The notes beneath the pieces are model-generated. The model was not told the DNA's origin. It worked only from the letters and a program-made list of their open reading frames with translations, and made no database searches. This document shows positions 51,355-64,000 of a DNA stretch of 64,000 bases, one piece after another; within the stretch, counting starts at the first letter, position 1, and every line of letters starts with the position of its first letter. The stretch lies in contig OZ024747.1 of the NCBI GenBank assembly GCA_964016885.1, forward strand, positions 33,542,001-33,606,000, given 5' to 3'. Source of the DNA: Eledone cirrhosa. Its lineage: Eukaryota. A program made the position numbers and the translations under genes.

Positions 51355-52810
51355 TACCAACAACTACTACACTACCAACAACAACAACATTACCACCACT
51401 AACACAACCATCAACAACTACACTACCAACAAGAACATTACCACCACCACCACTACCAACAACTACTACACTACCAACAACAACTACACTACCAACAACA
51501 ACATTACCACCACCACCATTACCACCACCACCACCACTACCAACAACAACTACACTACCAACAACAACATTACCACCACCACCACCACTACCAACAACTA
51601 CTACACTACCAACAACAACAACATTACCTCCACCACCACTACCAACAACAACTACACTACCAACAACAACATTACCTCCACCACCACTACCAACAACAAC
51701 TACACTACCAACAACAACATTACCACCATCACCACTACCAACAACAACTACACTACCAACAACAACAACATTACCTCCACCACCACTACCAACAACAACT
51801 ACACTACCAACAACAACTACACTACCAACAACAACATTACCACCACCACCATTACCACCACCACCACCACTACCAACAACAACTACACTACCAACAACAA
51901 CATTACCCCCACCACCACTACCAACAACAACAACAACATTACCACCACCACCACCACTACCAACAACAACTACACTACCAACAACAACATTACCCCCACC
52001 ACCACTACCAACAACAACTACACTACCAACAACAACAACAACATTACCACCACCACCACCACTACCAACAACAACTACACTACCAACAACAACATTACCC
52101 CCACCACCACTACCAACAACAACTACACTACCAACAACAACAACAACATTACCACCACCACCACCACTACCAACAACAACTACACTACCAACAACAACAT
52201 TACCCCCACCACCACTACCAACAACAACATTACCACCACCACCACCACTACCAACAACAACTACACTACCAACAACAACATTACCCCCACCACCACTACC
52301 AACAACAACATTACCACCACCAACAACATTACCACCACCAACACTACCAACAACATTACCACCACCAACACTACCAACAACAACATTACTACCACCACCA
52401 CCATCAACAACTACACTACCAACAACAACAACATTACCACCACCAACACTACCAACAACAACATTACCACCACCACCACCACCACCATCAACAACTACAC
52501 TACCAACAACAACAACATTACCACCACCACCACCACCATCAACAACAACAACATTACCACCACCACCACCACCATCAACAACTACACTACCAACAACAAC
52601 AACATTACCACCACCAACACTACCAACAACAACATTACCACCACCACCACCACCACCATCAACAACTACACTACCAACAACAACAACATTACCACCACCA
52701 CCACCACCATCAACAACTACACTACCAACAACAACAACATTACCACCACCAACACTACCAACAACAACATTACCACCACCACCACCACCACCATCAACAA
52801 CTACACTATC
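51355..52810. repeat. About 1.45-kb compound (CCA)/(CAA) trinucleotide minisatellite
   Basis: Shuffled modules ACTACCAACAACAACTAC and ATTACCACCACCACC. One frame on each strand stays open (Thr/Pro-rich and Val/Gly-rich). Confidence 0.9.
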
Positions 52811-54174
52811 ACCAGCAATAACAAAACAATTGCCTAACCACCACCACAAGCACCAACTTCTCTACTTTACTACCATGACACTGTTGTTACTAAGCAAGCC
52901 CCACTACAACGACCCTTGCTACCAACACCAATACAATACCAAGCCAGCATCATTACCTCTTCCACTACCACACTACAACCAATATATTAATTACTACCTC
53001 ACCACTCTAACAAAACCCATACTAGTGATGTCTTAATTGTCACTGTTGCAGTGAACAAATACAGATGTCCTCAAAAATGTATACATACGTCAACAGCATT
53101 CTATTAAATATAAGTATACATTTTTGGGACATCCTATATTGTCACACTTCTCTACTACCACTGTTACTGTATTTACTGCCACTACAAGGACCACACATCC
53201 CTATTACATTTGTCACTCTCACAAAATCTACTACTACCACCACCACACATCCTTACCACTACCATACGTGCATTACATCTGTTACTCTATCTACTCCCAC
53301 TACAACCATCACCACCATGACACATCCCTATTACATCTGTTACTGTAACACAATCTACTACTACCACCACTACCACCACTACTATCCTTATCATCATCAA
53401 CACCACAACCATTTCTAATTACAGCACTTATAAATCACAATAACTGTTCACAGTAATTATGTTGGTGGTTGTGATGATAGTGGTGGCTGTGGTGATTGTT
53501 GTTATGATGGTGATGGTGGTGGAGGAGAGTTGTAGTAGTGGTGATGATAAAGCTGATAGATGTTAAGGTTGATAGTGGCGGTGATGGAGATGATGTTACT
53601 GCTGATGATGGTGATGATAATCATTATGAATTATGCTGCTATCATTGGTGATGGTAGTGGTGATGTTGGTAATACTGATAAGAATTTATTGTTCCAATCA
53701 TACTAATTTGAATATTAGCCATGTGAAATTACAATTCTTCATTTTATTTGATTTTCTTAATTATATATGTTTCTCATTCATTGTTATTTTTTTGTCTTGG
53801 AATATTTTTAGAGGGGGTGGGTGGGGTTGATGCAATAAATTTAATTTTCTGTTAGATTTGTTCATATTTCGATAAGTTATTGTTATTGTTGTATTTGAGT
53901 GTGTTGGTCAATGAACCCCAGCCTAACTTATAACACGATAGCAGACAATTGAAATTAATGCTGTGGTTGCCCTATGTTCATCAAAAAATGCTCCAGCCCT
54001 TTAATCATCCTATCTTTTATTCATATTTAGTATATCAGGTTCTATGTTATCTAATGTATTATTCTGTCCTTCCTTTTTCAAGAGATTGGAGTAAGATTTG
54101 ATAGATTTAGCTACTATTTCAAACAGTAGAAGCAACCATGTAAAGGCTCCCGGGCTGGTTCATATTATTTTTTG

Positions 54175-54388
54175 GTGGATTGGCAGTACCAGTAGAGTGT
54201 CAGACATCATGCTTTGCAGCATAGAGTTATGGCCCTTTATGTTCTGAGTTCAAATCCCGCCGAGGTTAGCTTTGACTGTCATCCTTATGGGGTTGATAAA
54301 ATAAATACCAGTCATGCACTGGGGTTGATTTAATCGATTTTCCCATCTCCAAAATTGCTGGCCTTGTGCCTAAATGAGAAACCATTAT
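54175..54388 (+). mobile_element. Nin-like SINE, full length
   Basis: GGATTGGCAGTACCAGTAGAG..GAGTTCAAATCCCGCCGAGG..GGGGTTGATAAAATAAATACCAG. Confidence 0.8.
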
Positions 54389-55908
54389 TTTTTTCTGTTT
54401 TGTCTCAGATCAATCCTAAACCATGCTCAAAGATTTTCCAGACATGGCCATTCTATCTTTTAATTACACATAGTATATCTTGCACTACATTGTTTAATGT
54501 TTTGTCTTTCCTCTTTTAGAATCACAGAGTGTGATTTGAAGGGGATTTAGCTGTTGTTTCTAGCACGTTAGACAACGAGATAGAAACTCATTCATTAAAA
54601 AATCTAAAATCTGTCTTGAGACTGGAGACTCATCAGTCAAATGCTTATCCTTGTTTCCATGACTTGGATGCCAGCCCATCGCAGGGTCAAACCCCCAGGT
54701 GAGTATACTGCAGCAATGTGAAATTAAGTCTTTTCTTCAAGATCACAACACACAACCCTGTCCAGGAATTGAACCCACAAAATTATGATCGTAAGTCCAA
54801 CCCGTTAACACAAGGCTTGAGTAAAAATGTAAAGAAATCTAGCATGAGCATGACCTTATAGTTAAGAAGACGTTTTCTTTGAAATCATGTTATTCTTGGT
54901 TTGATTCCATTTACATGTTTGTCTTCTATTATAGTCTCTGGTCAATTTGAGTTTTGGAAGTAAAATTGTTCTGAAGTGATTGGCCAATTCATTCTAAAGC
55001 TTAACACAGTCCCACTGTCACAATTATTGAGGCTGAGTTTTGTTCTGAAGCAGGACCAGCTTTACACCATGGGAGGCCCCTCATATAACCCCCCCCCCCA
55101 CACACACACACATATATACATATATATATATATGTATGCAGGTGTGGCAATCTGCATATATTCTAGTCAAAAAAAGATTGTGTAACCCTCAATGGAAGGA
55201 TGACTCAAGAGGAAGAAGTTGTAGGTATTTCTAGCAAGCTGAATTACCACATAAAGGTTCCCTCATTAGCTTGTCAGTGTACTTGTTAGCAATCCTGGTT
55301 GTGGTGGTAATGATGGTGTTGTTTTTATTACTTTTTTTTTTTCTGTTTTTGTGTGGTCTGTTAGTAAAAGAAAATCAGAAAAAGGAAAAGGGGCAAAATA
55401 TCAATAAACATTGAACAAAGAGATAAACAGAGATCAAGAACATCGATCAATAGATCAATGACAAAACCAGCAAATCAATGAATCGATGAATCAATCAGAT
55501 CAAGTCAGTTTCAATGTGTCAAAAGGGAGGATTAACAATTATTTATGAAAACTAGCTTCTGCAAAACTGTTGAAAAGCTATTGTAGTAGAGTAGAACAAG
55601 CAAGATGGTCATAAGTGGACTGTGAATGTGATCATTAGTTTCCAATCTACAAGAAATGTTTGTTGCTATGTTTTAAGGTAGGTTGCATTATTCAACATTG
55701 TTTTTTTTGCTCGCTCCCATAAGTGTATTTATTTACCTGTCAAAACTTATTTATTGAATTTTTAGTTGTTGTATAAGGCATACAAGCCCTTGGACTTTGC
55801 CCTGTGAAGGGGAAAGAGTAATATTTGGGCCTTTTGTCCCAAATATTTGAACTCTTTTACATTTAAAAAAAAATTATCGAAAAAACAAAACAAAAACAAA
55901 AAAAAAAC

Positions 55909-57603
55909 ATGGCTGAGCCCCCCCCCCCCCCCCCCCCCCAGTGATATGTCTGCTGTCGTGCGACAACGACGGAGAAGTTGAGAGGAACGCTACGGCGAAA
56001 TTAACAGAAATTGATACAACAATTACCACCACAAACAATGTAAACAAAGACAGCAATGATAATAACTGATTTTGAAAAAAATGACAGTAACAGCGACAAC
56101 GAAAATACAGATAACAGAAAAAAATGACAATTGCAACAATATCAACACCACTAACATGAAAACAAATAGCGACAACACCAACAGCAACAACTGCACCGAG
56201 AACAACGGCGGCACCAAAGACAACAATGATAACAGCGACAGTGATAACAACAACACCAATAAGAACAATGAGAACAACAGATGTCGAAGTCGCGCTGAGG
56301 TGCATCAGAGATGACACCGAATACATAGCGAGGGGCAGACAGTATGGCACCATTCCGGTGCTGTTCAAGTCAGAAACCCTCGCTATGACTCCTTGCAAAA
56401 CCAGCAAGGTCATAATGTACCACTCCCACATGTGAAAAAGAGCGGCCCGTCTCCGCATTCCCAGATTCCCTCCAAGACTTGTGGTGGTTTCTGGGATGTG
56501 TGATTGTTGAGGGGACGGATACCGTCCCGAAAGAACTGACCAGAACGACCAGAGAGGACTGGTCCGGGGTTGACCTGGAGTTACTTCTCCAGATCAGGCC
56601 GGAGAATGTGAAGACAATCCCGGACCACATCCGCCTTCAGAATGGGACGGTCATTCATATTATGACTGAGGGGTAAAAGGCCGCATTGTTTTGTTTGTGG
56701 GGAAAAAACGCATTTGCGAGACTTCTGCCCTCTACTGCTGAAAGATGCAAGGGGTCGAAGAGCTCCACTGCTGCCGATGCCGGGACGAGGACCACAACCA
56801 ACACCAGCACCAGCAAGACCACCAACAACAACACCAATAGAAAGACCACCACCAACATTGACCACCCAGGGGGGAAATGAGGAAAGTTGTCAAATTCCCC
56901 CTCCCCCCAATAATACACACATAATAATACACACATCAATAATACACACACCAATAATACACACATCAATAAAAAACATAAACCCACACACAGACACACC
57001 TACAGACACAAACCCCTCATCTACCAGTAGTGAAGATGAGGGAAAACCAAAATCCACCAAATTACAAAAAAAGAAACACAAAAAGAAAAAAAAAACTCAA
57101 CAAAGCACAAAATCACCCACAATGGAAAATGCAAACACCACCCACGCAAACATCTCTCCAATAACACCAACATCAACACCACCATCACCATCACCAGAAT
57201 CCCCCAAACGCAAACAACTTAAAAGACGCAAGAACAAATAAACACACAAACATCTGAAACCACAGACACCACACTCACAACAAACACAACCGAAACAACA
57301 CCATCAAAACCATCACCACCACAGCCACACAAACAAATAAAATCACACCAACAAAACATACAAAACTTCGTGCTCGTCAGGAGGGCCAACAAGGAACTGA
57401 TGGCCCTTGTAGCACGAATTGAAAATATACAAAAAGAGGGGGAAATTTTTAAATCGAGCACATTTCGCATGCCGGAAGATTTGTTTCTGGTGCGAATGTC
57501 TCTCGATTTATACAAAGAGATACGAGACAGCTTTCCTCGGGACGTGGGAACCCCAAACGTAAAACACACTGCAAGACTTTTAAAGAGCCGGGAAGGTAAG
57601 TAA
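55909..57603 (+). pseudogene. LINE ORF1 (gag-like), disrupted
   Basis: CX2CX4HX4C knuckle CFVCGEKTHLRDFC at about 56687-56728, with Asn/Thr-rich low-complexity linkers. Confidence 0.7.
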
Positions 57604-57634
57604 ACCTTTCCTCTATCTCTTTTAACCTGCCAAC

Positions 57635-60600
57635 ATGGCCGTATTAAGAGTAGGAATTTTAAATGATCGATGCCTGGGATCCTCCTGGAAGCAGGGTCAC
57701 CTGCTCAACGACCTCAGGTCTCTAGAAATGGATGTAATTGCCGTCAGCGAGACCAGGATTTCCGACACGCGCGCACACTAGCCCCCATTTTCGACGACTA
57801 TCAGATCTTTGCATCTGTTAGCCGGCCGGGAATGGGAGGCGGGGTGGCAGAGCTGTTTAGGAAAGGCTTGGATCTCGAGGTAAGGTCGATCTTCCAGGAT
57901 CCGAACGGGAAGTTGGTGGTCCTGGACGTGAACAATAACGAAGGTGGTGCCTTTAGACTGGCGTCCATCTATGTCCCTACTGGGGAAGGACGGCCGGACT
58001 TCTTTAGACGCATGGAAGCCTTTCTGTGTACGTCTCGCCCTTTACTGTTAGCAGGGGACTGGAATGGCATCTTAGACGCACGCTGGGACTGTGTGGGAGT
58101 ATCCAATAGGAACGGGGGGTGCAAAAGCCTCAAAAACCTGATCAGCCAGTTCCAACTGTCTGACAGGTACCGACTAGATTTCCATAATGCGTCAGTGTGG
58201 ACCTGAACTAACCGCATAGGGTCATCTAGATCGTATATAGACAGGATATTCATTAGGAAAATAGACAGAAATAGTGTTAGCTGTCCACTTTTTAAAACGG
58301 TCGCCTATTCAGATCACAAGTTTGTGATCTGTATGGTCGACGTAGATAAGACGCGTAGGTTAGGACCTTGTTACTGGAAGCTAAACATGTCATTTCCGGC
58401 ACGTAAGGATTACAGGGTCCAGGTGAACAATTTAGTTAAGAAAAAGTTGACAGTGGGAGTTGTCAACAATAGATGGTGAGGGGCTCTCGAAAGAGAGATT
58501 AGAGTAATGTCGATAGAGTTTAGCAAAGAAGTAGCGTTAGAGAAAAATAGAAAGGAGGGGGAGTTGGTAGATATGTTAGACGAGGCTAATATTGCAACAG
58601 ACGTGCTAGCGGCGAGAATGGCATTAAACCATTTCTTCAAAGCGAAACACGAAGGTTGCATTGTCAGAGTTAAGGCGCGTGCTCTGAGAAACGAGGGAAC
58701 CAAAGCTGTTCGATGGGCCCGCGTGGCAGAGGCGCAGCGTGGTAATAAAACCACGATTCGGTCTTTGACGGACCGAGACGGACACGAGCTGAACGATTCC
58801 AAGCGGATGTGTGAGGCCTTTCGCCAACATTTTGCTCAGTTGTTCGGGAGAAGTGGCGGGTCAGAGACAGTGGCGGACTTCAGTCCCTACCTCGATGGCT
58901 TGTCGCAACTCTCGACGGCCGACGCTGGGCGCTGCGAAAGGCCGATTACTTCAGCCGAGTTTCAGGATGCCATTGTCGGCTGCATGAGGCGCAAGTCACA
59001 CGGTTTGGATGGTCTGCCCTACGAGCTTTACGTAAATATGCCAGACTTGTTCTCCAATCTCCTCGAAGTCCTCTACTGCAACTGGCAGCAGAACGGAAAT
59101 ATTCCCAGTTCTGTGAGCTGGGGCGTAGTGACGCTGATAAGGAAAGACGAGAACAAGAGGGACACATTAGACAATTTCAGGCCCATAACTCTGCTCAACA
59201 CAGAGTTTAAGACTTTGGCCAGGGTGTTAGCGAAGAGGCTGGCGCTTCTTGGGGATTTGGTTGGGGGGGCGCAAACTTGCGCAATCCCAACCAGGTCCAT
59301 ACACAACAACCTCCACCTAATGCGATACATCATAGAGAGGGTAGGGTGTAAACCTGGCTTCGGTGGAGCTCTGATCAATTTAGATCAATCGAAAGCTTTC
59401 GATAGGGTCGACGATCGGTACTTGGAGGCTGTCCTCAAGGCGACTGGCTTCGGCCCCGTCTTCAGAAGCTGGAGCGCTGCAATGCACAGCGGCACCTGCT
59501 CGGTGGTCAAAATTAATGGCCACCTCTCGGAACCGTTTCAGGCTCTCCCGATCGGTCCGTCAAGGGTGCCCTCTCTCCTCCCGTCTGTACGTATTGACTC
59601 TCGAGCCTTTAGTGCGGAGGCTGGAGCTGTTGCAAGGCATCTCACTCGAACCGGGACGCTGAAAGGCTTATGCGGACGACATCACCGTGATGTTGTCAGA
59701 CACCTCAGAAATCGAGGTGGTCGGCAACTTATTGGAGGAATATGAAAGGTTGACGGGAGCAAACTTAACCCGGAAAAGTCGGTGGGCTTGCAACTCGGCA
59801 CCTGGAGAAGCAAGGCCATGCCGTCCAACAGCATCGTTAGGCGCTGGACGGACGGACCGGTAAAGTTTCTCGGGGTTTGGGTCGAGCCAGACCTCCAGGT
59901 GGATAAAAATTGGGACGAGGTGAGGGGCAGGGTAGCCAGTCTCACCCAGAAATGGGCTGGGAGGAAGCTATCACTGAAAGGTCGGGCGGAGGTGGCGAAC
60001 GAGTACATCGCGTCCGTCATCTACTACCGTCTAACCGTCGTCCCTTGCCCCCATTCGCACCTCGCAATCTTGGAGCGGCTCCTCTTAAAATTCTTGTGGA
60101 GGGGTCAGCTTCCGCTAGTGAGGCTGTCCATCTGCTGTCAGCACCCTCTACGTGGGGGGCTGGGCATGCCATGGCTAATGCTGCCCAGACACGCGCTGAG
60201 GCTGCGGCATCTCCAGATATTCTGCCTAAACGGTGAACAGGTGTGATCACCGTTTGTCAGACGGGCCTTTCCGCAGCTCGTTTCTTTGACTGAGCTGCAG
60301 TCCTGGGTCAAGAAGAGACCGAGACTGGGTGACTGGCATCTTGAATGTTGCCAGGCACTCACTTCCCTCTACCAGGCGGGCAATGCGGTCAGTGGAATTT
60401 CCACTCTCCAGTTCTATAGAGGATTTGGGCAAGCTCGACGATGCACTCGGAGAGCCTCTGGGCCTCGACGAAGTCGAACTAACCAGTCTGTTCTGGAAGA
60501 CTTTCGAGCCGGGGACGATGGATAATTTCCAAAAATACCTTGCTTGGCAGTGCTACCGGGGGACATTGCCAGTTCGAGATAAACTCTACAGGTACGGAAG

Positions 60601-61033
60601 TGCTGTCAGACGGACCTGCCCGAGATGCGCGCAGAGCGACGAAACCATTCTGCATGCACTCGTCCAGTATCCATGCATTACTGACTTCTGGAGTTATGTC
60701 GAACAGCTGTTGTCATGTGTAGAACGGATCCGGCTATCAGCTGAGTCCATAGTGTAGATCGACCCGTTGCCTTCTTTTGGCCAGGAAGGGCAGGCACTTT
60801 TCCTCTGTCTGGTGGCAGTAGCGAAATAGGTTGTATGGTGGACGAGGTTGAAAGAACTGAAGACAGACACTTTTCTCTTCGGCCAATCCCTCATCAACTT
60901 TTTCCAGTTTCACTTGGAAAGGAAGGTGAGGGTGGAGAAAGATGTGCTGCTCCCCAGTACATTTGCTGAAAGGTGGGTGAATGTGGCGAGAATGGCTCGT
61001 GTGAGTGGGCCTACTCTGGTCATGCGGCTGTAG
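57635..61033 (+). pseudogene. LINE ORF2 (APE endonuclease + RT + C-terminal Cys motif), disrupted
   Basis: MAVLRVGILN, LLLAGDWN, YIDRIF, YSDHKF, GLDGLPYE, NFRPITLLN, LDQSKAFDRV, AYADDIT, KFLGV and CPRC..ETILHAL. Several stops and frameshifts. Confidence 0.92.
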
Positions 61034-61356
61034 GTTGGTAAATTTGAGGAGGAGAGGGGTGCTTTCGAAGCGTCGAATCGTTCAGGATTGGTGGGTACCT
61101 GAGCGAACCCTGGGTGGACATCCCCCCTATGGGGTATTTTTCTTGTTGTAATTTTATTGTTACTTTGTTATTGTTATTCATATTGTTTACTTGATTTTTC
61201 TGTAAACCCCACTGTCCCAGTCTTTTGTATTGTCCCCTATATGTCGGCCCTTGTGGCCAATAAATGAAATCGTTATTATTAATATTACTATTATTATTAT
61301 AATATATATATATATATATTCAACATTGTTTCATTATTCAACATTGTTTCAGTTCA

Positions 61357-61404
61357 TGTAGTAGTAGCGGTGGTAGTAGAAATATTAGTTCTGGTGTTAG
61401 TAGC

Positions 61405-61468
<64 letters not shown>

Positions 61469-61655
61469 ATAGTAGTAGTAGCAGCAGCTGTATTAGTATT
61501 AATAGTGGTGGTGGTAGAAGTAGTTGTAGTAGTAGTGGTGGTGATATTATTACTATTATTATTACTATTATTTTTGATGTTGTTAGTAAGTAGTAGTAGT
61601 AGTAGTAGTGGTGGTGGTGGTAGTAGTGATAGTGGTGGCAGCAGTAGCACTAATA
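61357..61655. repeat. (GTA)n trinucleotide microsatellite
   Basis: Directly visible. Confidence 0.95.
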
Positions 61656-63290
61656 GTTGCTGCTGTCATTGTTATATCACAGGTGTGCTCTGAACAAGTA
61701 GACTTCAGATTAAAGATGTTACAATCAATAAGCCCCACCCCTTTATTTTCTTCTTCAGACACCCCACCTGGTACTACATTACCCATCACCTCACCTGGTA
61801 CTACATTACCCAATGTGTTAGTTTTGTAATACATGACTGATAAGTTTCAGAAAGCCAGTACAATATGGTAAAAATATATAAAGGACAAAGGATGACAAAT
61901 GAAATTAAAAAATATATATTTCAACATGATATTTCATGGCTAATACTCTCTTTTGAAATGTGAAACGAAAATGGTTCAAAAGAAAATGAATGATGTATGT
62001 GTTCTTCTCCAGTTAGGGAAGAATACATACTTTGTTTTGTTGTCTTTGCCCTTTATATATTTCTACTGGTTTTTTTAAACTTAGTCATTATTACATATCT
62101 CACACTGCTACGTATTAACTACAATTCTTTGTTATTTTTGTATTATGGAATAGCAGTGTGTGATTCAAAAGAAACGTGGCTGTTATTTTCCCAAGCTTTT
62201 TATCTTGGCTTGTAATTTAGTTATGATATCTACCAGCTTGAACAACCATGTAGATTTCTCATTGGCTTATAATTTGGCTGTTATTCCTAGCAGGTCCTAT
62301 GACCATGACGAGAATCCTTGGCAGCTAATCTTTTTAGGTATACCTGTGATTCAAGGTGTGTCTCAGGTATTTTAAACCTTGCAGAGCCCATCGTTCTCCA
62401 GATTGGAACACAGCCAAGTTCTTCCACAGAGAGAGGGAATTGACCCATCATGGTCTTTATCTACCATGAAAGGATGAAAGATAAATTTGACCTCAGAGGG
62501 ATTTGAACTCAGAGCACAATGAGTTAGAAGAAATACCAAGGTATTTTCAATCTGATGTCTAAACAAATCTGCTACTTCGGTTTATTTATTACCCAATTTT
62601 GCTTGTAAAATTAATGTGCAAGTGGCAGAGCATACCACAAACACTTGTACCTCAAGGAGATTCAATGTATCAAAGAATGTGTAACAAAGCTGACCTCTTG
62701 AATTACAGGTACAACTCATCTTTGCCAGAAGACTGGAGTGGAGCAACATGAAATATAGTGTCTTACTCAAAGATTCAATGCAATACCTGGTCTGGGAACC
62801 AAAGTTCTTTAATTTTGAAGTTCTTGAGTTTGTTGCAGCCAAGAAGTCAGTTGTATCATTGTTCTGGATCTTTAACCCTCTAATACACATTCTATTTGAA
62901 TTTGAATTTGTATTATTGTTTTATGCTTGTTAAATTATGCCCAAAATACGGGGATCTTATTTAAACCTTAACCTTCTCCCTAACTACCCAATATCCCTCC
63001 CACCCGCCCCCACGCACCACCATTATTACGTGGGCCAATCATAAGTCAGCGGCCTATGCTATCGGTTACCTGGTTGCCTTTCAATATGATGGATGGACTA
63101 CAGAATTCTGGAGAGTTGAAAAGAAAAAATCTGGACGCTCAGTGACAATGCCAAAGATAAAGACAAATTCACCTCATGGACGAGAATGCAACGACTCCTC
63201 CTCTTTGTTTCGACCGCGGATGGCTAACATAACCCCATCCCCCCCCCCCCCGCGCCCCACCGCTCCCACCCTCCAAACGCAATCCAAAAC

Positions 63291-64000
63291 TTCAGAGTTG
63301 GTACCATGACTGTAGGCACCTTAAAGGGTCGCTCTAACGAGGTTGTAGAAATGCTTGAACGTAAGGAGGTCGATGTTTGTTGTATTCAAGAGACCAGGTG
63401 GAGGGGTGGGTCGGCTAGATTCATCGTAGGTAAAGAACGATGCTATAAGCTTTTCTGGGTGGGAAATGACAATGGGCTGGGTGGAGTAGGAATCATGGTA
63501 GCAGAAAAGTGGGCAGATAAGATAATAGACGTAAATAGAGTGAACGACAGAATAATTAAAATAAGACTTGTCCTCAATAGAACTACGGTGACAGTAATAT
63601 CTGCGTACGCACCCCAATCCGGACTGCACGGCACTATAAAAGACAGATTCTATGAGACACCGATGCTCACTACCTCCCAAATAACCGACTGTGACTATAT
63701 AATTATTGCTGGCGACCTAAATGGTCATGTTGGACAACATTGTGACGGCTATGACGGAATCCATGGAGGCTATGGGTTTGGTACTAGAAATGAGGAAGGC
63801 TCCAGAATCCTGGAATTCTGTGACGCAAATAACCTAACTATCTGTAACACTAACTTCAAAAAACGAGACAATCACTTGATCACCTATAGATCGGGGGAAC
63901 ACACAAGCCAGGTAGATTATATCCTTACCAGGAGACGTGACAGAGTGTCTGTTGTAAACACTAAATCCCTCCCCCATGAAGAATGCACGTCTCAACATAG
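63291..64000 (+). mobile_element. RTE-clade LINE, APE endonuclease N-terminus, open to the window end
   Basis: FRVGTMTVGTLKGRSNEVVEMLERKEVDVCCIQETRW..GGVGI..ISAYAPQ..IAGDLNGHVG..RNEEG..QVDYIL, with no stop seen through 64000. Confidence 0.92.

Larger units (their letters stand above)
55704..61316 (+). mobile_element. Full-length L1/Tx1-type LINE, decayed
   Basis: TSD CATTATTCAACATTGTTT at 55686-55703 and 61332-61349. Contains ORF1, ORF2, a T-rich 3' UTR, AATAAA at about 61259 and a (TTA)n tail. Confidence 0.9.

Noticed and set aside
55874-56999. Hydrophobic 'membrane protein' ORFs on the minus strand
   Set aside because: They are antisense readings of the AAC/ACC-rich LINE ORF1.
61354-61693. 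Poly-Val and poly-Thr ORFs
   Set aside because: They come from the (GTA)n microsatellite.

Overview
AT-rich, microsatellite-dense eukaryotic DNA. The SINE/LINE repertoire resembles a mollusc and probably an octopus (inference). I found no convincing host protein-coding gene. Most short ORFs are artefacts of (TA)n, (CA)n or (CCA/CAA)n repeats. The window is dominated by transposons: two adjacent Penelope-like elements (Naiad-type RT + GIY-YIG) with inverted pseudo-LTRs, a second Naiad-type fragment, a full-length decayed L1/Tx1-type LINE with an 18-bp TSD, several RTE LINE pieces, a DD37D (maT) transposon, mariner MITEs, two Helitrons and many tRNA-derived SINEs. The most notable feature is a dense set of type I hammerhead ribozyme (HHR) motifs found by eye. 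Six are unrelated motifs with a canonical core, six are copies of a family-fixed variant core (CAGAAGA), and several are decayed. Most sit in short elements next to (TA)n runs, some with no coding partner nearby (retrozyme-like or non-autonomous Penelope derivatives). No ribozyme activity has been tested.
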